In this document: one piece after another, positions 10,191 through 21,200 of the stretch
Position numbering within the stretch: position 1 is the first letter of the stretch
Layout: each line of letters starts with the position of its first letter
NCBI GenBank assembly: GCA_964016885.1
Contig: OZ024745.1
Coordinates: forward strand, 47,740,001-47,804,000
Reading direction: 5' to 3'
DNA from: Eledone cirrhosa
Lineage: Eukaryota
Length of the DNA stretch: 64,000 nt
The notes under the pieces: generated by a model
Database searches by the model: none
Told to the model about the DNA's origin: nothing
What the model saw: the letters and a program-made list of their open reading frames with translations, nothing else
Made by a program: the position numbers and the translations under genes

Positions 10191-11110
10191 AATAAACATA
10201 TATTTAAGAGTAAGAGAATAGCTGTGACATGATTACAGCTTAAAACACTCACAAGACTATACATATTCTTTCATTGTTTTACTGGTTTCAGTTATTAAAC
10301 TGTAGCCATTTTAAAGCATCCTCTTGTAGTGACCTACATTCTGATGGCTCTTGAATACATTCTCAGTTCAGCCAATCGCTACCAGCATAGGGAGATGTAT
10401 TTCAACTTCCACCCAAAGAGAAAAACTCCCTCTTCGTTTCGAAAATCTCTCTCTTTCAATCTCGTCACCAGAAGGTAAACATCTCTTGATTTTGCTCAAC
10501 AAACTTTCCAAAATGTAGCTATCGAGCAATTTCCGCGGCCATGGCTTCTAACTTTAGCCATAGGTCTGCGTATTCTTTTACAGCATCTTGATTTGTTTTA
10601 TTTCATTTCTTATGACATGTCAACACAGCTAACTCAACTTCTCATCTTTGTAAATAAATTATATATCAAAAAACGTTGTAATGCTTTATATTTGCCACAA
10701 CATTCTCTTGGACTGCTTCGGTTACTCTCTGTGATACAATACACAAACAAATATTAACATTCTTAACACATACATATGTATAACCCATATAACTAACAAC
10801 TAAAATACTTGTTCTAAACTCTTGATATGATTTAAATGATCATATCAACACTAGTGCTTATATTTTCAAGTCTGAAACTTAACTTGTCGAACAACTATGT
10901 TACAGGACATAAACAAACAGTAAATGTAAACACAGGTACAATGATACACACACACACACACATGATGGGCTTCTACATAGTTTCGATCTAGCAAATTTTG
11001 ATCAGGTTTTGTATTTACATGTTCAGTCTACTGGCAGTATTGAATACTATTATGTAATACTTTTTTTTTATTTAAGATGATGCCATATATAAATACATAT
11101 ATATATATTT

Positions 11111-11440
11111 CATCATCATCACCACCATTTTACATCCATTCTTCCATGCTAGCATGGGTTAGACGGGTTATCCTGTTGTGGGCAGTGCCTGGTCGGCTGA
11201 CCTTGTCTTGTTCATACGGGAACTGATTCTGGCTTGATTTCTACAGCTGGATGCTCTTCCTAACACCAACCTCATTTACAGTGAGTGCTGGGTGTTTTTT
11301 GCCGTGGCACCTCCACGACCACTTTGCAGTGGAATGATAGGGACCCCAGTCCCTATCATCTCATTTCTACAGCTGAGTAAACTGGAGCAATGTGAAATAA
11401 AGTGTCTTGCTCAAGGAAACAACACATCACCTGGTCTGAG
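11111..11440 (-). mobile_element. SINE with an RTE-type 3' tail, truncated at the RTE insertion site
   Basis: Nearly identical to 15846-16060 (GAGTAAACTGGAGCAATGTGAAATAAAGTGTCTTGCTCAAGGAAACAACAC); (CAT)n tail. Confidence 0.8.
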
Positions 11441-11456
11441 AATATATATATATATA

Positions 11457-14029
11457 TGGTCTGACGGCTATGACGGAATCCACGGAGGTTATGGGTTTGG
11501 TACTAGAAATGCGGAAGGCTCCAGAATCCTGGAATTCTGTGACGCAAATGACCTAACTATCTGTAACACGAACTTCAAAAAACGAGACAATCACTTGATC
11601 ACCTACAGATCAGGGGAACATACCACCAGCCAAGTAGATTATATCCTTACCAGAAGACGTGACAGAGGGTCTGTTGTAAACACTAAATCCCTCCCCCATG
11701 AAGAATGCACCTCCCACCATAGACTGATAATTAGCGACCTCATAGTCAGGACGAGACGTACTCGACAACAGAAGAGGACTATCCTCAGGAGAAAAATATG
11801 GAAGCTAAAGGACCCCAAAGCCAGTAATAAATTTAAAAGCATATTACTTGATGCTTTCGACAGTAAGGAAGAGCATTTAGAGTCGTACAATATAGAGGAA
11901 TAGTGGGAATTCCTGAAGGCAAACCTGCTGATGGCGGCAGACGAAGTCTGTGGCTGGAGCAGGCCTATAGGCAGGAGGAGAGTAACGTGGTCGTGGAACA
12001 GTAAGGTGGAGGAGTTAATTAAGGCCAAAAAGCAGGCTTGGAATGTATGGCGGGATGGGGGAAGAAGAGAAGACTATCAAGTGGCCAGGAGGGAAGCTAG
12101 GAGACAAGTGTACTTCGCAAGAAGGGAAGCAGAGGAAAGAAAGTTCAAGCATGTTCTACAACGCAAGGACCAAAAACGTGAGGTGTTCAGGATTGCTAGG
12201 CAATGTGTCAAGGAAAACCGTGATATTGTCAGGGAGAAGTGTGTCCTTAATGATGATGGTGTACTTGCCATCACTGACGCTGATAAGAAGGTAGCTTGGA
12301 CGTGTCACTACGAAAGGCTACTAAATGAGGAGAATAAATGGGAGAAAGACAGTCTCCCCCACATTGATCCAATAGAGGGACCAGCAGTGTTAGTCGAAGG
12401 TAGTATAATAAGTAAGGCAATCAAAGATATGAAGACGGGTAAGGCGGCTGGGCCTTCGGAAATAGTTGCTGAAATGCTGAAAGCTTCTGGAACGGTGGGA
12501 CACACCATGGTCACCCGGTTAGTAAACCAAGTCATACAGAATGGGGTTGTTCCGAAGGACTGGCGTAGCAGCATCATCATTAACTGCTACAAGGTTAAAG
12601 GAGATGCCCTAGATAGGAGTAACTATAGAGGCATTAAATTAATCGACCAGGTCATGAAGGTCACAGAAAAAGTAATAGCGCAACTAATCAGAGAGAGAAT
12701 TGATCTAGATAAAATGCAGTTCGGGTTTGAGTCAGGTAAAAGTACCACAGACGCTCTTTTCATCGTACGACAACTACAGGAGAAGTACCTAGCTAAAAGT
12801 AAACCCCTATACTTAGCTTTTGTCGACTTGGAGAAAGCCTTCGACAGAGTCCCCCGTTCCATTATCTGGTGGGCTCTTAGAAAACTAGGTGTTGATGAAT
12901 GGCTTGGGAGAGCTATACAAGCCATGTATAAAGAAACAGTCAGCAAGGTTAGAATTAACAACAAATATAGTGAAGAGTTTAGCGTAAAAGTTGGTGTTCA
13001 TCAGGGCTCCGTTCTTAGCCCCCTACTATTTATTATTGCCCTTCAGGCTATAACAGTGGTGTTCAAGACCGGCTGCCCATGGGAACTCCTATACGCAGAT
13101 GATCTAACACTCATAGCTGAATCAATGGCCGAACTAGAGAAGAAATTCCAAACATGGAAGCATGGCCTAGAATCAAAAGGCCTTAAAATTAACCTGTCTA
13201 AGACTAAAGTTCTAGTTTGTAGGAAGGAAAATAGGGCACCGGTCCCATCCGGGAAATGGCCATGCTCAGTGTGTAGGAAAGGAGTAGGTAGAAATCCATT
13301 TTATGTCCCAAATGCAAAGTATGGGTGCATAAAAGATGTAGTGGGATCACAGGTAAGCTAACTAAGAACATAGATTTTATATGTGGCCGGTGTTCTGGTG
13401 CAATAAGTAGCAGCAAGTGCCCACAGAATACTAGCTCATTCCATTGCACAGATGGTTCTATAGAAATAGTGGACACCTTCCGTTACTTTGGTGACAAAAT
13501 CAGCAGTGGTGGAGGGTGCTCTGAAAGTACAGTAGCTAGAGTCAGAACTGGATGGAAAAAGTTCAGAGAGCTTATACCACTATTAGCCATTAAAAATGAA
13601 AGGCAGGCTGTATGATGCCTGCATACGAACAGCAATGTTACATGGCAGTGAGACCTGGGCATTGTGTGCAGAGGATATACGCAGACTGGAGAGGAACGAA
13701 GCTTGCATGCTCCGCTGGATGTGTAATAGTAATATACGTGAATGGCAAAGCATAAACGAACTAAGGGAAAAATTAGATCAGGGATCAGATGTTGTTTACT
13801 CGAGAGAAGACTACGTTGGTATGGTCACGTGATGCGCATGAAAGACGACAGCTGTATAAAAAAGTGCAGGGCAATAAAGATAGACGGTAGCCACGGAGTA
13901 GGCGGACCCAGAAAATCCTGGGACGACTTGATAAATTCCGACCTCACACGCTTACACCTCTCCAAGACAATGTCACTGGACCGAGATCTTTGGCGTTACA
14001 CAGTAATACAGAAGACCCGCCTTACCTAA
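11457..14029 (+). pseudogene. Disrupted RTE endonuclease/reverse transcriptase ORF
   Basis: Motifs GYGFGTRNAEG, SQVDYIL, NYRGIKL, QFGF, FVDLEKAFD, GVHQGSVLSPLLF, LLYADD. In-frame stop at 11901-11903 and frameshifts near 13295, 13595 and 13775. Confidence 0.93.
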
Positions 14030-14424
14030 GTACAAAGTGAAACCTACTACAGTCAGTAGGCACCTCTAACAAAATACACGCCCGTCCCACTACCCCCACC
14101 CCATCCACACCACTCCTTTCAATGTAAAGTTATGTTGGTACCACAACATCCAGTCCGAAACAAATGAGGTCGTGTAGGTGTCACGACAAAAAAACACACA
14201 GTCCACGCTGTAATGTGGCCGTGTAGGTAACACGGTAAAAACCTCCCAGTCCACACTGTAAACGTGGTTGGTGTTAGGAAGGGCATCCAGCCGTAGAAAG
14301 ACCGCCAGACAGTCCTATGCGAGCAAGACAACCACTCTTGCCTCAAGTGGGAAAACTCCCGTCCAAACCCATGCAAGCGTGGAAGATGGACGTTAAACGA
14401 TGATGATGATGATGATGATGATGA
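11457..14424 (+). mobile_element. 5'-truncated RTE-clade LINE
   Basis: C-terminal half of an APE endonuclease, RT domain, Cys/His finger, RTE C-terminus (RRLRWYGHVMR), a 3' UTR of about 370 bp and a (GAT)n tail at about 14399-14424. The 5' end abuts a (TA)n tract. Confidence 0.95.
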
Positions 14425-14426
14425 TA

Positions 14427-14525
14427 TACAGTGGAACCTTGGTTCACAAACTTAATTTGTTCCTGATAGCTGTTCGCCACTCAAGATGTTCGTAAACCTA
14501 AACTATTTTTCCCATAGGAAATGTT
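14427..14525 (+). mobile_element. Tigger/pogo-like DNA transposon end fragment
   Basis: TA-CAGTGGAACCTTGGTTCACAAACTTAATTTGTTCC...TTTTCCCATAGGAAAT resembles Tigger-type termini; no partner TIR seen. Confidence 0.5.
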
Positions 14526-15179
14526 GAGAGGGAAATGCAGTGAGAGAGATTGTGAAAGACAGATAGATATCACCATAGTAACTAACTACACAGCAAGTGA
14601 TACTTCCCTGCCAATACTCACAGCTTTTTCCCATTATTGCTGGCTTGCGTGTTCATTACTCGAGATACCAATGCAACCTAAACACAACAATTTACACAAG
14701 AAATTTGATTCCATGAAATATTACATACGGCAATTGACGTCATCCTCCTGCTTCTCGTGAATACTAAAACAAACATTAAATAATGCTTGAAAGCAGTTTA
14801 TAAATTTTTAATTTATATTTAATTTCAAAGAGACATTTTTTTTCTCTGAAAGTCCCTTGATTAATATTGAGTTTGCCTTCTGGACTCTGGTCTCTAATTC
14901 TCTGTACAGTTTCCTATCTTGAGCAAAAATACTTCTTAAGTGGAGCTTAGATCAGGTGGAAATAATTATTTTTATACTAGATGTCTAGGTGGTTTTCAGT
15001 TTTGTATGAATACAACCTATCTGAGATGGAATATACTTTTTCGTAATGTTTTCTTTTTTTCTTTTTTTGTAAATTAGTGAAAGTAGAGACAGTCTATTTA
15101 GATAGGCCAAAGCAACAGAGTCCATTTTCTACACTTCTCTGTCCTTCATTGTATGGATACATTCCAAGCTAGTATCTTG

Positions 15180-15320
15180 TTTCAGGTTGTCAATGTATGC
15201 AAAAAGACATCCACCACACTTTCCCACTCCATGCTGTGAATCTTACAAGATCAGTTTTGATGCTTCCTCTTCTAGATGTCATGTTACCCAATGTTCTGAC
15301 AGACAGAGTTAACATTATCT
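15180..15320 (-). mobile_element. Possible degraded N-terminus of an RTE APE endonuclease
   Basis: Minus strand gives LSVRTLGNMTSRRG...KTDL...VDVF, resembling TLNVGTMTGRGRELAD...VDVLC; heavily decayed. Confidence 0.35.
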
Positions 15321-15792
15321 GATCTTCTCGTCTATTTTCAAAGGTTTCTATATAATCATTCATGTGTCATTTGTTATTGCCACTTCACATCAAGGGTCGC
15401 ATGTAGCAACCATCAACACATCTTTCTGGGGTTTTTTTTCCATGAATGTCCATGTCTCTAACAGTGGCTACAAACATCTTATCTTTGTTCCTTTTGGTCA
15501 TCTTGACTTTCAGATTTCTGCCTGTCTAGGGGGTGAGGGTATTCAGAAGTCCATGGTTGCTGACTAACACTCCTGCTCTGACTAACTTATTTTGCTTGTT
15601 CTTTAAATGGTGTTGGTGCCAGGATAAAATACATCCAATACATTAAGTGGTTGGTGTTAGGAAAGGCATCCAGCCGTAGAAACCAAGCCAAAACTGGAAT
15701 GCCTGAGCAAGACGTTGTTCTCTGACTCATCTATAAAAAAAAACTAGTATACAGCTGTTATTGGCAACCGAATATGACTTGATAGTATGTAC

Positions 15793-16120
15793 CATCATCA
15801 TCATCATTTTACGTCTGCTTTTCCCTGCTTGCAAAGGTGGGACAGGAACTGATTCTGGCTTGATTTCTACAGCTGGATGCCCTTCCTAACACCAACCTCA
15901 TTTGCAGTGAGTGCTGGGTGCTTTTTTGCCATGGCACCTCCACGACCACTTTACAGTGGAATGATAGGGACCCCTATCATCTCATTTCTACAGTTGAGTA
16001 AACTGGAGCAATGTGAAATAGTGTCTTGCTCAAGGAAACAACACATCACCCGGTCTGAGAATTGAACTCACAACCTTTCGATTGCAAATCCAAGGCTCTA
16101 ACTACTAAGCCATAGGCCTC
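15793..16120 (-). mobile_element. Near full-length SINE with a tRNA-like head and an RTE-type tail
   Basis: Head at about 16050-16120 (minus strand GGCTTAGTAGTTAGAGC...GAGTTCAATTCTC), body as in 11111-11440, (CAT)n tail. Confidence 0.8.
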
Positions 16121-16251
16121 CATCTTTTTGCTAATTGTTTTAGATGTCCAGGCAGTCATAAGCAAATATAAACACCCACTCAACCCTCTCTAATTTGAAC
16201 CAGCAGAACATCCAAGATGTAATAGCTGGAAGGAGAGACGACTGCATCAGC

Positions 16252-16335
16252 ACTGGACTGGTACCTTCTTTATCGACTCCAAAAGGACAAAAGGTAAAGT
16301 AGATCTCAGCAGGATTTGAACTCAGAACTAACTCT
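16252..16335 (-). mobile_element. SINE fragment (Deu/Nin-like core)
   Basis: ACTGGTACC...TTTATCGACTCCAAAAGGACAAAAGGTAAAGTAGATCTCAGCAGGATTTGAACTCAGAA. Confidence 0.65.
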
Positions 16336-17149
16336 TACCATTCTAGAAGGACAGTAACTCTGAATAAAAGCTGACTCAAACCCTAATAACTCATGCGGGC
16401 ATGAGAAGTGGATATAAAATGATAATGATGATGACCATGATGTGGTTTTGTAATTTTAGCCAAATATACTAGCAATGTATTACTCATTTGATTAGTTTGG
16501 TTCTTAGGACCGCTAAGTGTTGAGTGAAGGTCATTGAAGTTACGTATGTGAATGGCTGGAATTTTAGTCTTTCGTGGAAGTTTTGTTAAATGCAATGTGT
16601 GGTAAAGGGTATCTAATGGAGCTTATAAACATGCTGATGGCATTTGGAGGAATCACTAGAGTGTGGAAATATATGTAAGCAAAATACCCTGGCCCACTTG
16701 AGAACTGAACAGTTTGTGACAACCTGCCCAACCTTTGCTAGTAGGAAAAGAAGACGTTAAACAACAATTATGATGCTGTTAATTACTATTAGTCTAAGAG
16801 GAATCAGGATTCTTAATCATAAATGTATGGTTGAATTCCACTTGTGGCTATCTGGGTGGATGCTAAAGGAAGTAAAAGTGATTTTGCTGACTTAATATGT
16901 TGATTGCAGGCATTGTTGTGTAGTTAAAAAGTTTGCTTCACAATCATGAGATCTTGAGGTATAAATCCTAATCGTTATATATATATATTTTCCCATGATG
17001 GTATGGATTGGATGCAGTAGTAACCTACAACTGGATTCCCTTCCTGGTGTCAGCCCTTATTTCTAAAGTTATGTACATATTCCACATTTTCCAATCTCTC
17101 AGTATGGAAAAATGAAGCCAGACAGAAATAAAACAAGTTGTCACAATGT

Positions 17150-17520
17150 CACAATACAAAATCTTCTTCCCCACACTTATTTCTGGGCAGAGTCCCCAGA
17201 CACCCTTTCCAGAGGGTTCTACCAGAAGTCACTATTTCCAATTGAGACCAACTGAGCTCATAGATGTTATCTGTCTTGCTTTTGGTCTACCTTTGAGTTT
17301 CATACCAGTTGGCTTTATTCTGAAGATCTGTCCAAAAATTCTTTCCTTTGACATTCTAACTACTTGTCTGTAATACCAGAGCTGTGATCTTTCAATTCAG
17401 AGAAGTAGCAAATCCCTGATCTCCAAGCTATGTGCCCTATCATTACTCCAAAGACTCTTCAGAGGAACTCCATTTCAGATGCTTGTATTCTTTTGGTCAT
17501 TATTCAAGATACATAGGAAA
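17150..17520 (-). mobile_element. Degraded 3' fragment of a second RTE family
   Basis: Minus strand gives IMTKRIQASEMEFL*RVFGV...LLL*IERSQLWYYRQVVRMSKERIFGQIFRIKPTGMKLKGRPKAR. Confidence 0.75.
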
Positions 17521-18039
17521 ATATTTGCTTCATTAGGGTGAGGTGAAATAACAGTAGCGAATACAATTACCATCATAAATACTTTTGTTTTTTTAATCTT
17601 TTTGATATTAAACTGCTTGGTTCTATAATACAACACTGGTCATACTAAAAGCTTTCTATGTAATTTTATGTAAGAACATTTTTTAAGTTATATTCCAAAG
17701 ACAAGCTTAATAATAAAAATGGAGATTATTTTACTAAATTCCTCCCAATTTAAAAAAATAAATTGAAACACTCTAGAGTTGCATTTCTTTAAAAATATGG
17801 TAATTGAGTTTTCTTTTTGTAGCTTTCCTATACTAATAAAGATTGAATGGCTCCACTAATTTGGATATTTAAATGTAGTAAAGATTGTGTTGGTATAGGT
17901 TGAATGAGGTCTTCAATATTATATCCTTCTACAAGTTTTAATTTCTAATACCTCTAATCTATGTGGGATCTACTGATGAGGTTAATAGTGGTATTTAGTT
18001 TTTGTTTTGCTTAGAAAAGGTACACTGTATACCAGCATC

Positions 18040-18195
18040 TCGTAAAAGGTAACAAAATGGGTTGGTACCAGAAAGAGCATCCAACCATAATAACATTGCT
18101 TCAAAAAGTATCACATGATTTGTATGAGGGTTCTCATGGGACCTACAAAGCCCATGCTTTAGCAGAGAAAATGACCTTAGGCTGCTTGTTGTTAT
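18040..18195 (+). mobile_element. Degraded SINE/RTE-tail repeat just before the satellite
   Basis: GTTGGTACCAGAAAGAGCATCCAACCATAATAACATTGCTTCAAAAAG...CCCATGC. Related degraded copies at about 1-150, 975-1150, 2075-2135 and 15645-15720. Confidence 0.6.
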
Positions 18196-18246
18196 TGTGG
18201 ATGTGCTTGTTTTTGTGAGCTGCTGTAAAGGTGCAAATTTAGTGTA

Positions 18247-21200
18247 TACCTCATGACAACAGTACTAGAATTATTCTTTTGAGGCAATGCTTTCCTCTAG
18301 CTCATGACAACAGTACTAGAAACGTTCTCTTGCTAAGCATGGCTTTCCTCTAGCTCATGACAACAGTACTAGAAACGTTCTCTTTGCAAGGTATAGCTTT
18401 CCTCTACCTCATGACAACAGTACTAGAAACGTTCTCTTGTAAGGTATAGCTTTCCTCTAGCTGATGACAACAATACTAGAAACGTTCTCTTGCAAGGTAT
18501 AGCTTTCCTCTAGCTGATGACAACAGTACTAGAAAGGTTCTCTTGCAAGGTATAGCTTTCCTCTAGCTGATGACAACAGTACTAGAAACGTTCTCTTGCA
18601 AGGTATAGCTTTCCTCTAGCTCATGACAACAATACTAGAAACGTTCTCTTGTAAGGTATAGCTTTCCTCTAGCTGATGACAACAATACTAGAAACGTTCT
18701 CTTGCAAGGTATAGCTTTCCTCTAGCTGATGACAACAGTACTAGAAAGGTTCTCTTGCAAGGTATAGCTTTCCTCTAGCTGATGACAACAGTACTAGAAA
18801 CGTTCTCTTGCAAGGTATAGCTTTCCTCTAGCTCATGACAACAATACTAGAAACGTTCTCTTGCAAGGTATAGCTTTCCTCTACCTCATGACAACAGTAC
18901 TAGAAACGTTCTCTTGCAAGGTATAGCTTTCCTCTAGATCATGACAACAGTACTAGAAACGTTCTCTTGCAAGGTATAGCTTTCCTCTACCTCATCACAA
19001 CAGTACTAGAAACGTTCTCTTGCAAGGTATAGCTTTCCTCTAGCTGATGACAAAAGTACTAGAAACGTTCTCTTGCAAGGTATAGCTTTCCTCTAGCTCA
19101 TGACAACAGTACTAGAAACGTTCTCTTGCAAGGTATAGCTTTCCTCTACCTCATGACAACAGTACTAGAAACGTTCTCTTGCAAGGTATAGCTTTCCTCT
19201 AGCTGATGACAAGAATACTAGAAACGTTCTCTTGCAAGGTATAGCTTTCCTCTACCTCATGACAACAGAACTAGAAACGTTCTCTTGCAAGGTATAGCTT
19301 TCCTCTACCTCATGACAACAGTACTAGAAACGTTCTCTTGCAAGGTATAGCTTTCCTCTAGCTCATGACAACAATACTAGAAACGTTCTCTTGGAAGGTA
19401 TAGCTTTCCTCTACCTCATGACAACAGTACTAGAAACGTTCTCTTGCAAGTTATAGCTTTCCTCTACCTCATGACAACAGTACTAGAAACGTTCTCTTGC
19501 AAGGTATAGCTTTCCTCTAGCTCATGACAACAATACTAGAAACGTTCTCTTGTAAGGTATAGCTTTCCTCTACCTCATGACAACAGTACTAGAAACGTTC
19601 TCTTGCAAGGTATAGCTTTCCTCTAGCTGATGACAACAGTACTAGAAACGTTCTTTTGCAAGGTATAGCTTTCCTCTAGCTGATGACAACAGTACTAGAA
19701 ACGTTCTCTTGCAAGGTATAGCTTTCCTCTACCCCATGACAACAGTACTAGAAACGTTCTCTTGGAAGGTATAGCTTTCCTCTACCTCATGACAACAGTA
19801 CTAGAAACGTTCTCTTGCAAGGTATAGCTTTCCTCTAGCTCATGACAACAATACTAGAAACGTTCTCTTGCAAGGTATAGTTTTACTCTACCTCATGACA
19901 ACAGTACTAGAAACGTTCTCTAGCAAGGTATAGCTTTCCTCTACCTCATGACAACAGTACTAGAAACGTTCTCTTGCAAGGTATAGCTTTCCTCTAGCTC
20001 ATGACAACAGTATTAGAAACGTTCTCTTGCAAGGTATAGCTTTACTCTAGCTGATGACAAGAATACTAGAAACGTTCTCTTGCAAGGTATAGCTTTCCTC
20101 TAGCTGATGACAACAGTACTAGAAACGTTCTCTTGCAAGGTATAGCTTTCCTCTAGCTGATGACAACAGTACTAGAAACGTTCTCTTGCAAGGTATAGCT
20201 TTCGTCTAGCTCATGACAACAGTACTAGAAACGTTCTCTTGCAAGGTATAGCTTTCCTCTAGCTGATGACAACAGTACTAGAAACGTTCTCTTGCAAGGT
20301 ATAGCTTTCCTCTCCCTCATGACAACAGTACTAGAAACGTTCTCTTGCAAGGTATAGCTTTCCTCTACCTCATGACAACAGTACTAGAAACGTTCTCTTG
20401 CAAGGTATAGCTTTCCTCTACCCCATGACAACAGTACTAGAAACGTTCTCTTGCAAGGTATAGCTTTCCTCTAGCTGATGACAACAGTACTAGAAACGTT
20501 CTCTTGCAAGGTATAGCTTTCCTCTACCTCATGACAACAGTACTAGAAACGTTCTCTTGCAAGGTATAGCTTTCCTCTAGCTGATGACAACAGTACTAGA
20601 AACGTTCTCTTGCAAGGTATAGCTTTCCTCTAGCTCATGACAACAGTACTAGAAACGTTCTCTTGCAAGGTATAGCTTTCTTCTACCTCATGACAACAGT
20701 ACTAGAAGCATTCTCTTGCAAGGTATAGCTTTCCTCTACCTCATGACAACAGTACTAGAAACGTTCTCTTGCAAGGTATAGCTTTCCTCTAGCTGATGAC
20801 AAGAATACTAGAAACGTTCTCTTGCAAGGTATAGCTTTCCTCTACCTCATGACAACAGTACTAGGAACGTTCTCTTGCAAGGTATAGCTTTCCTCTACCT
20901 CATGACAAGAATACTAGAAACGTTCTCTTGTAAGGTATAGATTTCCTTTAGCTCATGACAACAGTACTAGAAACGTTCTCTTGCAAGGTATAGCTTTCCT
21001 CTAGCTGATGACAAGAATACTAGAAACGTTCTCTTGCAAGGTATAGCTTTCCTCTACCTCATGACAACAGTACTAGGAACGTTCTCTTGCAAGGTATAGC
21101 TTTCCTCTAGCTCATGACAAGAATACTAGAAACGTTCTCTTGTAAGGTATAGATTTCCTTTAGCTCATGACAACAGTACTAGAAACGTTCTCTTGCACGG

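Noticed and set aside
10340-10600. Non-repetitive stretch with a roughly 60-codon minus-strand open frame
   Set aside because: No recognisable motif or convincing splice sites; probably a decayed transposon.
11292-11456. N-terminus of the 203-aa ORF
   Set aside because: Read-through from an antisense SINE and the TA tract into the RTE; not a real start.
11639-13476. Minus-strand ORFs over the RTE
   Set aside because: Antisense shadows of the RT coding sequence.
17965-18010. CTGATGA motif as a hammerhead or C/D snoRNA box
   Set aside because: No paired stem II with GAAA, and no partner box or terminal stem.
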